A DNA stretch of 64,000 nucleotides from contig JAOPTT010000002.1 of assembly GCA_051531975.1 (NCBI GenBank), positions 634,445 through 698,444 on the forward strand, read 5' to 3'. Position 1 is the first letter of the stretch. Every line of letters begins with the position of its first letter. Source of the DNA: Spirochaetaceae bacterium. GTDB taxonomy: Bacteria > Spirochaetota > Spirochaetia > DSM-2461. The notes under the pieces are model-generated. The model made no database searches and was not told the DNA's origin. It worked only from the letters and a program-made list of their open reading frames with translations. The translations under genes and the position numbers were made by a program. Shown piece after piece: positions 1 through 10,992 of the stretch.

Positions 1-788
1 GCAGCATATACTGGGTCACTCTGTATAAGTCGCCTCTGTATTTTTTTATCTTTTTTATGCTCCCCAGGAAAGTAGTCACCTTCCTCAAAAGTTTTTTTAA
101 CATCCAATCCTAAATCAGACGCTTTATCTCTGTATTTTTTAATCTTCTCTTCTTTTGCTTCTATAGGTGTATGAACAGAGTAGTACCACAGGTTAAGAAA
201 AAAAGGTCTGCCCTGGTCTCTATTAGAAATTAGATCTAATGTTTTATCTGTTAAATAGTCGGTTAAATAGGTTCCATCTGGGACATTTTCATCTTTTAAC
301 GCCTCAATACCCCAAGGGCTAAAATAACCATTAGGACCTGGTGATCCCATATAACATCCACCAATATTAATATCAAAACCGTGATTCTCTGGATAGTAAG
401 GCTTTTTACCAATATGCCATTTCCCAACATGCCATGTACTGTATCCAGCGTCTTTTAATGGAACTGCAAGGGAGGTTTCTTCTAATGAGAGGTGATCTAA
501 ATAGGGAGCATCTATTAATCTACCTCTACAATCCCCAACTGGTGAGTCAGAATCCCTAGAGTGATTTATCCAATCAGTAACTCCAGTTGATACCGGATAT
601 TTACCACTTAAAATACTAGCCCTTGTAGGTGAACAAACAGGACATGCCGCATAAGCTTGTGAAAAGAGCATACCTCTCTCTCGGATTTTATCAATATTAG
701 GGGTTTCGTAAAATTCACTACCTGTACAAGATAGATCTTTCCAACCCATATCATCAATCAAAATAAATACAATATTTGGTTTATTCAT
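1..788 (-). CDS. Sulfatase (arylsulfatase A family), 3' end runs off the window start
   Basis: Manual translation from ATG at 788: MNKPNIVFILIDDMGWKDL...ACPVCSPTRASILSGKYP (CxPxR formylglycine motif), later HVGKWHIG; RBS GGAG upstream. Absent from the ORF track because it is truncated. Confidence 0.93.
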   Translation of the reverse strand, partial: MNKPNIVFILIDDMGWKDLSCTGSEFYETPNIDKIRERGMLFSQAYAACPVCSPTRASILSGKYPVSTGVTDWINHSRDSDSPVGDCRGRLIDAPYLDHLSLEETSLAVPLKDAGYSTWHVGKWHIGKKPYYPENHGFDINIGGCYMGSPGPNGYFSPWGIEALKDENVPDGTYLTDYLTDKTLDLISNRDQGRPFFLNLWYYSVHTPIEAKEEKIKKYRDKASDLGLDVKKTFEEGDYFPGEHKKDKKIQRRLIQSDPVYA

Positions 789-815
789 TTAAACTCCATT
801 TGTTTTATTTGAGTA

Positions 816-878
816 AGTATAACACTGTGGTATAATGATTAAAATGTTACATATGGGAGAATACTTGTGTTAATTGAG
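816..878. promoter_or_regulatory. Divergent promoter region with putative AraC-type direct-repeat site
   Basis: Minus-strand -10 TATACT at 816-821; plus-strand extended -10 TGgTATAAT at 828-836; half-sites at 845 and 866 (21-bp period); 46/63 ungapped identity to 14367-14429. Confidence 0.6.
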
Positions 879-1670
879 CAACATATCTATAAACAATCAA
901 ACTACAGTAACAGAGGATATGAATTCTTAGATAATTCAATAAGGTGTGGATTTATATCTAAAAATAAAATAGTAAAAGAGGTTCAATTTTCAACGTCTCA
1001 GTATGCTCTAGTTTATATAGTAGAAGGTAGTGGAACATACTCTGATTCAAATGGTGTATTTAGTTTTAAAAAAGGAGATATTTTCCAAAGAGTGCCAAAT
1101 ATAGTACATGATGTAACATATAGTAAAGGTGCAAAAAGATTTTACGTAGCTATTCCAAACGAGATATTTAATATTATAAAGTTAACAGGAGATAATTTTC
1201 ATAAAGAAGCTGTACACTCTATAGGTTACGATAAAATTATTTTAGATAAGATAGATAAATTATTTACGTTTTGTAACTCAGACTGTGATCTGTTTAAAAT
1301 ACTTATTCAGATTCAAAATTTTATATCAGATTGTATTAATTTATCCAAACAAAATGATACAGAACTAGAGCAAATTATTAAAATGTTATGCGATAGCAAA
1401 TGTCATCTATCATTAGAAGAAATGACTTTTAAATTAGGTATGAACTACCACTCCTTTAGGAGGAAATTTAAGAGTTGTATGAATGTATCACCTGGCGAAT
1501 ATAGAATACAAAAAAAAATAGAGGCTGCTATATCCCTACTTCTATATAGGGATAAAACGATTTCAGATATTTCTAAAGAACTAGGGTACAACGACCTATA
1601 TACATTTTCATCTCAATTTAAAAAACATACTGGGTTATCTCCTATGAACTTTAGAAATAGAGTACATTAA
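867..1670 (+). CDS. AraC family transcriptional regulator
   Basis: N-terminal cupin (YIVEGSGTY); C-terminal double HTH ending LGYNDLYTFSSQFKKHTGLSP. Confidence 0.92.
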   Translation: MLIEQHIYKQSNYSNRGYEFLDNSIRCGFISKNKIVKEVQFSTSQYALVYIVEGSGTYSDSNGVFSFKKGDIFQRVPNIVHDVTYSKGAKRFYVAIPNEIFNIIKLTGDNFHKEAVHSIGYDKIILDKIDKLFTFCNSDCDLFKILIQIQNFISDCINLSKQNDTELEQIIKMLCDSKCHLSLEEMTFKLGMNYHSFRRKFKSCMNVSPGEYRIQKKIEAAISLLLYRDKTISDISKELGYNDLYTFSSQFKKHTGLSPMNFRNRVH

Positions 1671-1674
1671 CTTG

Positions 1675-3168
1675 TTACCAGTTAGCTATCCTACCTATAT
1701 TTGGGTTTAATGAATCAACACTCTGTTTTAACAGTTTCATAAACAGCTCATCTTTAGTTTTTTTATACTGAGGCAGGTTAGAACAGTCATTTAACTCATA
1801 TGGATCATCAGGGTGATAAAAGAGCTGTATCGTATTATCATTAGGAAAATAAATTAGATGATACTCTTTATCCCATATGGATAAATTTCTTTTATTGCTA
1901 AAATATATACACTGAGACATAGGTAGTTCATCTCTTTTTTTATATACACTACTTCCTTGGAGCCACTCTGGGTTTTCATATCCTAATAAATCGCATATTG
2001 TAGGAAAAACATCGATATTAGAGGAAGGGTTATTCTCTAAAACAGAGTGTTTATTTTTCCCATCTTTTACAATTAAGTTTATATGACACAAAGCTTTAGC
2101 TGATAAATCATTTTTACGTAGAAGATTAAAATCACCCATATAGTCTCCATGATCACTTGTAAAGACTACAATTGTATCATCGTATAAATTATTAATTTTT
2201 AGGGAAGATATAATTTCTCCAATTTTTTTATCAATAAGATAGTTTTGTGCATTTGTATACTCTTGAATTGTAGAGATAGATTCTTTTGAAAGATTTAACT
2301 CTTTTAAACTCTCTTTAAACAGAATATTAGAATGATTATAACTACGATCAAAGCTAGAATGTTTATAAAATTCATTTTTATCTACACCGTTTCTTTTTAT
2401 AATTGCCCTATACTCCGTTAGTGTCTCTTCTGGTGGTGTCCATGGGTGGTGAGGATCAGGGAACCCTGCAAATAGAAAAAATGGTTTATCGACTTTCTGG
2501 TTAGAGATATAGTCGCAACATTGTAAACCAACCCAACTAGAGTGATGATATTGTTCTGGAATTTTCGATGCATACTCTCCAACTTCTCCTCGTCCAGCAG
2601 CATCATTTTTTATATTAAACTCTGGATATTCTAGTTTCAACCAGTTATCATAAGCACCAATTGTATGCTCCCCATGACCTATGGTTGGTAGAAAACTGTC
2701 AAATCCATAATATGGTCCAACATCATCTTTGAGTTTACCATTTATCCAATCTTCTCTATTTTCCATGTTTTTAAAAGATGGATCACATTGAGTAGGAGTA
2801 ATATGTAGTTTACCCACTGCAGCAGTATTAAATCCTTTATCTTTAAGGAAATCACCTATAGTAGGAATATGGGAAATTAAGTTATTCCCTTTACTCTCGA
2901 TATATTTTTTTGCTAATTTCCCCAAGGGTATATCTGTTTCCCTTGGTAGCGGGATTCCATTTATGACAACACCATGAACTGAAGGATATGTTCCTGATAG
3001 CAGACTAGATCGTGATGGCATACAGACAGGATTTGTTGAGAAATGTCTAGTAAATTTATTACCCTCTTCTGCTAATCTATCTAAGTTTGGTGTTACTGCA
3101 CCAGGGTTTCCAGTGCAACCCAAACTATCGAATCTCTGTTGATCTGTATGAATAATTACAACATTCAT
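1675..3168 (-). CDS. Sulfatase
   Basis: IHTDQQRFD, PVCMPSRSS (CxPxR), GKLH, FPDPHHP and TSDHGD motifs. Confidence 0.92.
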   Translation of the reverse strand: MNVVIIHTDQQRFDSLGCTGNPGAVTPNLDRLAEEGNKFTRHFSTNPVCMPSRSSLLSGTYPSVHGVVINGIPLPRETDIPLGKLAKKYIESKGNNLISHIPTIGDFLKDKGFNTAAVGKLHITPTQCDPSFKNMENREDWINGKLKDDVGPYYGFDSFLPTIGHGEHTIGAYDNWLKLEYPEFNIKNDAAGRGEVGEYASKIPEQYHHSSWVGLQCCDYISNQKVDKPFFLFAGFPDPHHPWTPPEETLTEYRAIIKRNGVDKNEFYKHSSFDRSYNHSNILFKESLKELNLSKESISTIQEYTNAQNYLIDKKIGEIISSLKINNLYDDTIVVFTSDHGDYMGDFNLLRKNDLSAKALCHINLIVKDGKNKHSVLENNPSSNIDVFPTICDLLGYENPEWLQGSSVYKKRDELPMSQCIYFSNKRNLSIWDKEYHLIYFPNDNTIQLFYHPDDPYELNDCSNLPQYKKTKDELFMKLLKQSVDSLNPNIGRIANW

Positions 3169-4130
3169 TTTATACCATCGATTTTATTTTTTACTAGATC
3201 AATCTCTACTTCAGTATGGTTTTGAATAGATATTGTACTTTTTTCACCAAACTCTATAGGTAAAAACATATATGTTGAAGTAAAATATTTCTCTTTTTCT
3301 CCACCCCACCTATCACCTATATATAGATACGATGTGCTATTTTCACTTTTTACAGGAAGGACAGATGTTGGTTGACTACGATATGTTGTTTCATCCCCTA
3401 AGTTTTTAAGCATACTCCATTTACCATCAATGGATTCAGAATATGCGTAACAAGACTGATTTGGATCCCATCCAGAACAGGCTGAAGTTAACATATAATA
3501 TAAGTTATCTTTTTTAAAAACAGCAGGTGCTTCCCTGAACTGCCCTGGCCATAGAGTTCTTACATGCTCATCAATACTAAGATAATCATCTGATAACCTA
3601 TATATGTGTAAATCGGCATTTCCTCTTGAGGATGTAATAAAATAAGCACTACCATCATCATCTTTAAACAGAGTACAATCTCTAGACATATGTCCTATAG
3701 GATTAAAGCTGCCTAAATAGGTATAATCTCCTGCAATAGTATCGGAAATGGCTATTGCACATCGAGCTTCAGAGTAGTCTGATGGTTTCTCCCAATGCAT
3801 CCACATAACATATTTATCAATTTTTTCATTATATAGGATTTTAGGTCTCTCTATATTACAACCTTCACCTATACTTGCTTTGTCGTTATCTATCTCCAAC
3901 CTTAAGTCTGTTCCGAAGTAGTGTTTCTTAGTAGGACTATCTAAACTAAGAATGGTATTTTCAAAAGTCCAGTTAGTTAAATCGGAAGATGAATAGCAAG
4001 AGACTTTATTTCTACCTCGTCTATCTTCCCCTATCCAGTAGTAAATATTATTAACATGAATAATCTCTCCACCATGGGCATGCAGAGGTAGGTTATTGTT
4101 ATCTAGTATTTCTAATCCATTTTTAATCAT
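3165..4130 (-). CDS. Glycoside hydrolase family 43 (GH43_24-like; possible exo-beta-1,3-galactanase)
   Basis: HAHGG, YYWIGE, IERPKILYN, SRDCTLFKDDDG, REAPAVFK and SQPT beta-propeller motifs. Confidence 0.82.
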   Translation of the reverse strand: MIKNGLEILDNNNLPLHAHGGEIIHVNNIYYWIGEDRRGRNKVSCYSSSDLTNWTFENTILSLDSPTKKHYFGTDLRLEIDNDKASIGEGCNIERPKILYNEKIDKYVMWMHWEKPSDYSEARCAIAISDTIAGDYTYLGSFNPIGHMSRDCTLFKDDDGSAYFITSSRGNADLHIYRLSDDYLSIDEHVRTLWPGQFREAPAVFKKDNLYYMLTSACSGWDPNQSCYAYSESIDGKWSMLKNLGDETTYRSQPTSVLPVKSENSTSYLYIGDRWGGEKEKYFTSTYMFLPIEFGEKSTISIQNHTEVEIDLVKNKIDGIK

Positions 4131-5455
4131 TATCTATTTCCTTTTACAATCTCAGGGCTTTTTTCCCCTGCTTCGACCATTCTTCTTTTTAATGTCTGAG
4201 TTAACTGCTCTTTTATATCATCATGAATATCAGAATCGATTAAATTTTCTTTTTCATGGGGATCATTACGTAGGTCATATAAAAAATCTTCCGTGTATTC
4301 ATCACTTCCTGGGTGATCATTTCCATCTTTATTAGCAGCTCGAACAGAGAATTTCCATCGATCTGTTCTAATCGCTCTACCTACATGACTTTCGCTAATC
4401 TGTATAAAAACCTCTTTAGGCCAGTCTAAATGGCTACCATTAACAAGCTCTTTTAAACTATTACCTTGAAATGTAGATGGTACTTTAATATTAGATACAT
4501 CTAAAAACGTCTTAGGTAGATCAATTAAGCTAACCATATCATCCACAACTTTACCACCGCTGAACCCAGGACCACAAACGATTAATGGGATATGCACTGA
4601 TCCATCGTGACAGGATCGTTTATATTCACTATTTCTAGTTTTAAAATGTGAACCATGGTCACTTGTATAGACGATGATGGTATTCTCTTCTAATCCTAAT
4701 AATTTTAGTTCCTCTCTAATTCTTCCTACATTTTCGTCTAGGTTATTACAACACCCAAGGTAGTCTGGATAGTTTTCTCTCCAGTTCCCTTCTGTACCTT
4801 CGAGATCCCCAGGAACCTTAAAATCTTTAAATCGTTCTTTAGAGCCGTTAGGCCCCTCATAACATTCACGATCATTTTGATGATGGGGTTCTATATAGGA
4901 GACCATTAAAAAAAAAGGCTTATCACTTTTTTTACCATTAAGATACTCTAATGCAAAGTCTGTAGTCGCATCTCCTCTATAACCTTTAAAGTCCCTTTTT
5001 CTACTGTCTATGTCATACATATAACCGTCATATCCATGGGATGTAAACTCTAAAACATCAGATGCAATCCAGAAATCTTTATACCCACCTCTTAGTTCTT
5101 GGGGAACAGCTTTAATAGCATAATCATTTATGCCATGTGTTGTAGCTAAGTGCCATTTCCCAACATAAGCAGTCTCATATCCACTATCATTAAATAGATC
5201 CGCTATTTTAGGTAGATTGTGATCAAGACCTATACCATTTTTGAAACTTCCTGACTGTGTTGCGTATAAACCAGTTTGTAGACATGATCTAGCTGGTCCA
5301 CATACAGGCTGACAAGTAAATGCATTATTAAAAAGCACACCATCTTTTGCCATTTTATCTAGATTTGGTGTAACATCCATCTCTTGACCATAGGCTCCGA
5401 TGGTGTCCCATCTCTGCTGATCAGAAAATAGGAATACTATATTGGGTTGTTTCAT
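4130..5455 (-). CDS. Sulfatase
   Basis: PNIVFLFSDQQRWD, PVCGPARS, GKWHL, EPHHQ and TSDHG motifs. Confidence 0.93.
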   Translation of the reverse strand: MKQPNIVFLFSDQQRWDTIGAYGQEMDVTPNLDKMAKDGVLFNNAFTCQPVCGPARSCLQTGLYATQSGSFKNGIGLDHNLPKIADLFNDSGYETAYVGKWHLATTHGINDYAIKAVPQELRGGYKDFWIASDVLEFTSHGYDGYMYDIDSRKRDFKGYRGDATTDFALEYLNGKKSDKPFFLMVSYIEPHHQNDRECYEGPNGSKERFKDFKVPGDLEGTEGNWRENYPDYLGCCNNLDENVGRIREELKLLGLEENTIIVYTSDHGSHFKTRNSEYKRSCHDGSVHIPLIVCGPGFSGGKVVDDMVSLIDLPKTFLDVSNIKVPSTFQGNSLKELVNGSHLDWPKEVFIQISESHVGRAIRTDRWKFSVRAANKDGNDHPGSDEYTEDFLYDLRNDPHEKENLIDSDIHDDIKEQLTQTLKRRMVEAGEKSPEIVKGNR

Positions 5456-8367
5456 AAATTATCTCCAGTTCTTCTTAAAATTAATTTTTTGTTAAACCCA
5501 TATGCAGTACTAATAGAACCATTAGTATTATCTAATTCCAGTTCTATACACCTCTGATCTAACATTGATATACTATTTTTTTCACCACTATCAAACCAAA
5601 TCTCTCCTTGGCCTGCATAGTTTGGTACTTCTAAGAAGTCCAACGGAAAATCATACCACCATGAACCTAACTTCTGAGTATTATTTTTATCAATAACCCT
5701 CTCTATTAATCCATCTTCTTTAAAATTGAAGGTGAATTGTCCATCAGTCCAATAGCCAAAAAGTTTTTCAGAGAATGGGCCAACTGTTTGTTTTAAGTTT
5801 AAAACTTTATTACCATGGGCTAAATCTATGACCTTATCCCTCTCCCCTTTTATAAATGAAGATTGAATTTTATCTATTAGCTTTTTATTATTGTAGACCT
5901 TTATTACAACTTTTGATGAGTCACTCAGTTTTATTGGTTCTTTATATTCAAACCATTCACCACTGTTTATTTGCATAACTGATTTCAAGTTGACTAATAT
6001 CTCTGAGTTATCAAGGCTTAAATATTTAGCATCAACAGAGACTAAAGTAGAATCTTTAAAGACCTTATCCCCTAAAATAGATGATACATATATACCTGCA
6101 CTATTTATTTCATTTAATTCAGATTGCACAACAGCCATACATGACCCATAAAAAGCGTTTCTTCTAGTCGATATTAATGGTGTGGTATCTATGTGATCTC
6201 CATTCTCAGTTCCAAGAATGGTAATATCTCCCACTGCTTTAAAAGAGACAATATTGTCAGCATATGGAACCCTTATATTCTTCTCATCAAATATATTAAC
6301 ATCAATTTGAATTACATCATTACCGTCATTTGTCAAATTGATATCATCAGAAATAACTTGAATTTTTCTAGATGTTCCAGATGTGCTATATCCTTTTTCG
6401 CTAACAGTAACTCCACTGTTATACGAGATCGCTTTTATTGACCCCTCTATATATGGAACATCCCATTGTAAATATTTATTACTCCCAACTAATCTTTTAC
6501 CTAAAGATTGATTGTTAAGAAACAGCTCTACTTCTTCACAATTAGAATAAACCCATACAGGTATTTTTGTTCCTTTTTCTATATTAGGATGGGTCCAATG
6601 AGGTAATAGATGAACCATAGGTTCTTTACTCCACATACTTTGGTATAGGTAGTAAGAATCTTTAGGAATATTATCCATGCCTATTACACCGCTGTCACTA
6701 TATCTTGCAGGCCAATTAAAACTCTCACCATAATAATCAAAACCACTCCATCTAAACTCACCCATTAGATATGGTCTATCTTCTGATAATGTCCATGAAT
6801 CTCTAATACAAGCTCTAACTCCTGCATTGTCATATGAAGAGCTATAGGTAATATGTCCATCGAAAAATAGTTCTTCTTCACATAGATTTTCAATCTCTAT
6901 TCTAGGTTGATTTTTATCTCTCCACCACGTTTGTGTTCTATAAAAACCTCTAGTTTGACTTGTGTGTGGAGCTTCTGTTGCTACCATTAACTGATTAGGC
7001 CTTCTTTCATGATCCCTATCGTATGCAAAACATGCTCCTCCACCATCATTGTAACCTGCTATTTCAAACTCAGCTCTATTAACATCAGCATGGTCGTCAA
7101 CACCTTGAACCCCACAAGTAATAGGCCGTGTAGTATCAAGGTTTTTAATTATGGCTTGTAGCTTTCTACTTGTTTCAACCCTCATCCCAAGAACTTCATT
7201 ACCGATACTCCACATGATAATGGATGGATGATTTCTATCCCTACGTATAAAGTCGGTTAAATCTCTTTTATGCCACTCTTCAAAATATAGGCCATAGTCA
7301 TAGGAAGCTTTTTTCGTTTCCCAACCATCAAAGATCTCATCCATAACCATAATTCCTAGTTCATCGCAAACATCATAAAAATCTGACGAAAATGGGTTAT
7401 GGGCTGTTCGTATAGCGTTACATCCCATATCCTTTAATAACAGAACTCTCTTTTTTAATATTTTTTTAGTGACTGCTGCTCCTACAACTCCTGAATCATG
7501 GTGTAGGCAGACCCCTTTCAACTTCATATTTATATTGTTTAAATAAAAACCTTGGTTAGGTTTAAACTCTATTTTTCTTATTCCGAATTTACTCTTTTCT
7601 CTATCCTGTACAACACCATCTTTTACTACTTTTATTTCACAACTATATAGATATGGTGAATCTGTAGACCATAATTTACAACCATCTAGGGTAAATGTAA
7701 TACTACTTGTTAGCTTATCGGTTATGTTCTCTGATATGGTCTTATTATATATTGAATTAGCTTCCTGATCGTAAATATTATAAATGATATCCATAGAACA
7801 ATCATTTTTGTATCTGTTAGTAATCTCACTACTTATACTGATTTCAGCTCTGTTGTTATCAAGTACTTTAGTAGTAATATTTCTACCCCAAGTATTAAAG
7901 GATATTTTATGACTCTCTTTTAACCAAACATTTCTGTATATACCACAGCCATTATACCATCTACTTGACTCTTGTTTACTATTATCAACTCTAACTGATA
8001 TAATATTTAATCCTTCAACTAAATATTCTTCAAGATCATAACAAAAGCTAATATATCCATATGGTCGATGTCCCAAATGATGTCCATTAATATAAACATC
8101 ACTATTCATATAAACACCATCAAAGTGAATATTAAAACGTTTATTTAGTTTTTCTTTGGTTATATATAACTCTTTTCTATACCATCCTATACCTGTTCTA
8201 ACAAAACCTCCTCGTTTACCTGAGGTTTCATTTTTATCATAGGGGAAATCTCTACTCCAATCATGGGGGATTTGTATACGCTCCCAAGATGAGTGATCAA
8301 ATTGTACATTTTTGTTTTCATCTCTATCTGATAAAGAAAAATACCAGTCTTTATTATAGTTAGTCAT
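5452..8367 (-). CDS. Glycoside hydrolase family 2 (beta-galactosidase-like)
   Basis: IPHDW, FDGVYMNS, LKGVCLHHD, NAIRTAHNP, NHPSIIMWSIGNE, WSGFDYYGE. Start placed at ATG 8367 (RBS GAGGA); the ORF track starts at 8385. Confidence 0.9.
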   Translation of the reverse strand: MTNYNKDWYFSLSDRDENKNVQFDHSSWERIQIPHDWSRDFPYDKNETSGKRGGFVRTGIGWYRKELYITKEKLNKRFNIHFDGVYMNSDVYINGHHLGHRPYGYISFCYDLEEYLVEGLNIISVRVDNSKQESSRWYNGCGIYRNVWLKESHKISFNTWGRNITTKVLDNNRAEISISSEITNRYKNDCSMDIIYNIYDQEANSIYNKTISENITDKLTSSITFTLDGCKLWSTDSPYLYSCEIKVVKDGVVQDREKSKFGIRKIEFKPNQGFYLNNINMKLKGVCLHHDSGVVGAAVTKKILKKRVLLLKDMGCNAIRTAHNPFSSDFYDVCDELGIMVMDEIFDGWETKKASYDYGLYFEEWHKRDLTDFIRRDRNHPSIIMWSIGNEVLGMRVETSRKLQAIIKNLDTTRPITCGVQGVDDHADVNRAEFEIAGYNDGGGACFAYDRDHERRPNQLMVATEAPHTSQTRGFYRTQTWWRDKNQPRIEIENLCEEELFFDGHITYSSSYDNAGVRACIRDSWTLSEDRPYLMGEFRWSGFDYYGESFNWPARYSDSGVIGMDNIPKDSYYLYQSMWSKEPMVHLLPHWTHPNIEKGTKIPVWVYSNCEEVELFLNNQSLGKRLVGSNKYLQWDVPYIEGSIKAISYNSGVTVSEKGYSTSGTSRKIQVISDDINLTNDGNDVIQIDVNIFDEKNIRVPYADNIVSFKAVGDITILGTENGDHIDTTPLISTRRNAFYGSCMAVVQSELNEINSAGIYVSSILGDKVFKDSTLVSVDAKYLSLDNSEILVNLKSVMQINSGEWFEYKEPIKLSDSSKVVIKVYNNKKLIDKIQSSFIKGERDKVIDLAHGNKVLNLKQTVGPFSEKLFGYWTDGQFTFNFKEDGLIERVIDKNNTQKLGSWWYDFPLDFLEVPNYAGQGEIWFDSGEKNSISMLDQRCIELELDNTNGSISTAYGFNKKLILRRTGDNL

Positions 8368-8383
8368 TGTTATCCTCATAAAC

Positions 8384-8413
8384 AAAAAAGTGGAGGTCTC
8401 CCTCCACTTTTTT
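8384..8413. terminator. Intrinsic terminator or mRNA-stabilising hairpin downstream of the solute-binding protein gene
   Basis: AAAAAAGTGGAGG-TCTC-CCTCCACTTTTTT perfect inverted repeat with A/T tails on both sides. Confidence 0.8.
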
Positions 8414-8427
8414 AAAATTTGATAGTA

Positions 8428-10038
8428 TTAAAGGTTGTCGTACATCTTTTGGTAATAAGCTACGATATCTTTGTAATTCAGTTTTTCAACTTTTTTAAGG
8501 TGGTCTTTCCACTGGTCATCATTGATTCCGTCAATAACTGAGTTTGCTAAGAATATTTCTAGATACTGTTTAAGGTCAGTCCATAAATAGTTCATCTCTT
8601 CATCTTCATCTGTTAAAACATTTTTAGGTAATTTTGATGGCCAGAAATCAGGATAGAAATATGGTCTTGCCTGCTCAGACCATTGTTGTTTCATAAAAGT
8701 ACCAGATGTTTCATCTTGTCTTTCTGAGTATCCAATAATTTCTTTCATTATGAATTGAGTTCCATTTTGAGTCCCTTCTGTCTGTTTATACTCCTCATAA
8801 CCTACACCTAACTCTGCCAGTCGATCATGATTAATGCTATATGTTTTATCTTCTTCATGTAATACTATTACTCCATCCTTAAGTGGGCCTGCAGCAGTCT
8901 CTAAAGCATTTAATCCTTCATTTAAATAGTCACACCATCTAACAAGACCTTCAGGATATTCTGTTTTTGAAAAGATAATCAAACCGTCTTTAATATCCAG
9001 CTCATTAGGGTTGTAGATTGCAAACTGATCCCCAAACGGACCTACTAGTGGATCTAAAGCGATATATTGATCACCATTAAGTGTCGGTCTTGACCAACCT
9101 AAATAAGCTCCAACTATAGGCAGATCCTGCTCAATTTTTGCATTAAGTGCTGCACCGTTTTGGGTTAAAGACTCCTGATCCATAATTCCTTCATCAAATA
9201 GAGTATGGAAATATGTTAAAGCTGTTCTATATCTATCTTCAGCAGGGTGAAAGTATAGTTTACCATCCCGGATAGTAGTTTCAGCTTTATTTCTTGCACC
9301 TGAAATACCCCATGCACCAAACAGCTCCATAAAATCATATCCCAACCAGTACTTAGTGAATGTTACTGGAAGTTCATCTGAGTTATCCCCGTTACCATTA
9401 GGATCGTTCTCTTTAAAAGATTTTAAAACTTTATAAAAATCTTCTGTTGTTTTTGGAACTTCTAAATTTAAATTATCTAACCATACTTTGTTAATAAATA
9501 ATGGCGCACGTAAAGCTGCAAAATCCTTAACACCGATAGATGCGTATGAGTAGACTTTTCCATCACCCATATAGGAAGTTGATACTTTTGCATTTGGATA
9601 TTTTTTATATGCCTTCTGTAAATTTGGTGCATATTTTAAGTGCTCATCCATAGGTTCTACTAATCCAGCTTCAATTGCTTCTATAAATAACATATCTTCT
9701 AAACCACCGACAAATAGGGCATCTGGGAGTTCTCCGGAATTAACAGCTAAGTTAACTTTCTCAGTCCAACCGGATGCAGGAACCTCTTCCCAGTTAATGA
9801 TTACATTTGTCTCTTCCGAGATTCGTTTGTATGTCTCTTTCTCTTCAAAATACTTTTTTGCTAACTCTGGGTGTGGTACCATAATTGTATATTCAACTGG
9901 TTCGCTAAATATAGGTAATCCTGTTTCATTAAACACTACACCTTCAGATGTTTCACTTTTTTCTTCATTCTGACCACCAGCAAATGATACACTAATAAAC
10001 AGAACCAACAGTAAACCTAAAACTACAATTTTCTTCAT
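8428..10038 (-). CDS. Carbohydrate ABC transporter solute-binding protein
   Basis: Signal peptide; FINKVWLDNLNLEVPKTTEDFYKVLKSFKENDPNGNG motif of LplA-like SBPs; adjacent permeases. Confidence 0.92.
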   Translation of the reverse strand: MKKIVVLGLLLVLFISVSFAGGQNEEKSETSEGVVFNETGLPIFSEPVEYTIMVPHPELAKKYFEEKETYKRISEETNVIINWEEVPASGWTEKVNLAVNSGELPDALFVGGLEDMLFIEAIEAGLVEPMDEHLKYAPNLQKAYKKYPNAKVSTSYMGDGKVYSYASIGVKDFAALRAPLFINKVWLDNLNLEVPKTTEDFYKVLKSFKENDPNGNGDNSDELPVTFTKYWLGYDFMELFGAWGISGARNKAETTIRDGKLYFHPAEDRYRTALTYFHTLFDEGIMDQESLTQNGAALNAKIEQDLPIVGAYLGWSRPTLNGDQYIALDPLVGPFGDQFAIYNPNELDIKDGLIIFSKTEYPEGLVRWCDYLNEGLNALETAAGPLKDGVIVLHEEDKTYSINHDRLAELGVGYEEYKQTEGTQNGTQFIMKEIIGYSERQDETSGTFMKQQWSEQARPYFYPDFWPSKLPKNVLTDEDEEMNYLWTDLKQYLEIFLANSVIDGINDDQWKDHLKKVEKLNYKDIVAYYQKMYDNL

Positions 10039-10071
10039 TTAATTTCTCCTTTTTATATATTGATAAATCAA

Positions 10072-10971
10072 TTAACCTTTAATTGATCCAATCATGACAC
10101 CTTTAACAAAATGTTTTTGAACAAGTGGATAAATCATTATTATTGGTAGTGATGCAACAATTATCATTGCATACTTCATTGTTTCTGCCTGTTTTGTCAT
10201 CTCTTCAATCGCTTCAGGATCTGCATCGATCATTACTGATTGGTTTGCCAATAATATATCCCTTAAAATAAGTTGTAGAGGATATTTATTCATTTGATTT
10301 AGATAGATTAGAGACTTAAAATAGTCATTCCATTGACCTACAGCGTAATATAAAAACATGATCGCAATTATCGCTTTAGAGTTAGGTAACACAATACGAA
10401 AGAAGAACTGAAACATATTACAACCATCGATATTAGCCGCTTCCCATAACTCTTCAGGAATACTGTTTGAAAAGAATGTTTTGGCAATGATGAGATTCCA
10501 TATCCCAAGACTTCCAACTATTACAACTGCTGCTCTTGTATTGATTAACCCAAGCTTCTGTACCTGAATATACGTAGGGATTAACCCTCCTCTAAAATAC
10601 ATGGTTAGGAGGAAAAACCAAATGATAAACTTATACCCTACCATATCTCTTCTAGATAATGAGAATGCTGCAAATACTGTCATTATTACTGCTAAAGAAG
10701 AACCAAATACTGTATAAATTATTGTATTTTTATACCCCATCAGTATTCTAGGATCTGTTAATACCATTTTGTATGCACCTAGATGAATCTGTTTAGGAAG
10801 GAAAAAAACTTCTCCTCTATTTACAAAATGCGCATCGCTTATTGAAGCAATAACGACAAAGTAAAGAGGATAAAGAGTAACAACAAATACTACACTCAAT
10901 ATTACTATAATTACTTTATCAAATACTTTATCACTATCTATTTTTAACCTCTTAGTTAATGTCATGTTCAT
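10072..10971 (-). CDS. Carbohydrate ABC transporter permease (MalG/LplC-like)
   Basis: TM helices; EAA loop IPEELWEAANIDG; C-terminal QKHFVKGVMIGSIKG. Confidence 0.93.
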   Translation of the reverse strand: MNMTLTKRLKIDSDKVFDKVIIVILSVVFVVTLYPLYFVVIASISDAHFVNRGEVFFLPKQIHLGAYKMVLTDPRILMGYKNTIIYTVFGSSLAVIMTVFAAFSLSRRDMVGYKFIIWFFLLTMYFRGGLIPTYIQVQKLGLINTRAAVVIVGSLGIWNLIIAKTFFSNSIPEELWEAANIDGCNMFQFFFRIVLPNSKAIIAIMFLYYAVGQWNDYFKSLIYLNQMNKYPLQLILRDILLANQSVMIDADPEAIEEMTKQAETMKYAMIIVASLPIIMIYPLVQKHFVKGVMIGSIKG

Positions 10972-10992
10972 ACTTATATCTCCTGTTCTATA

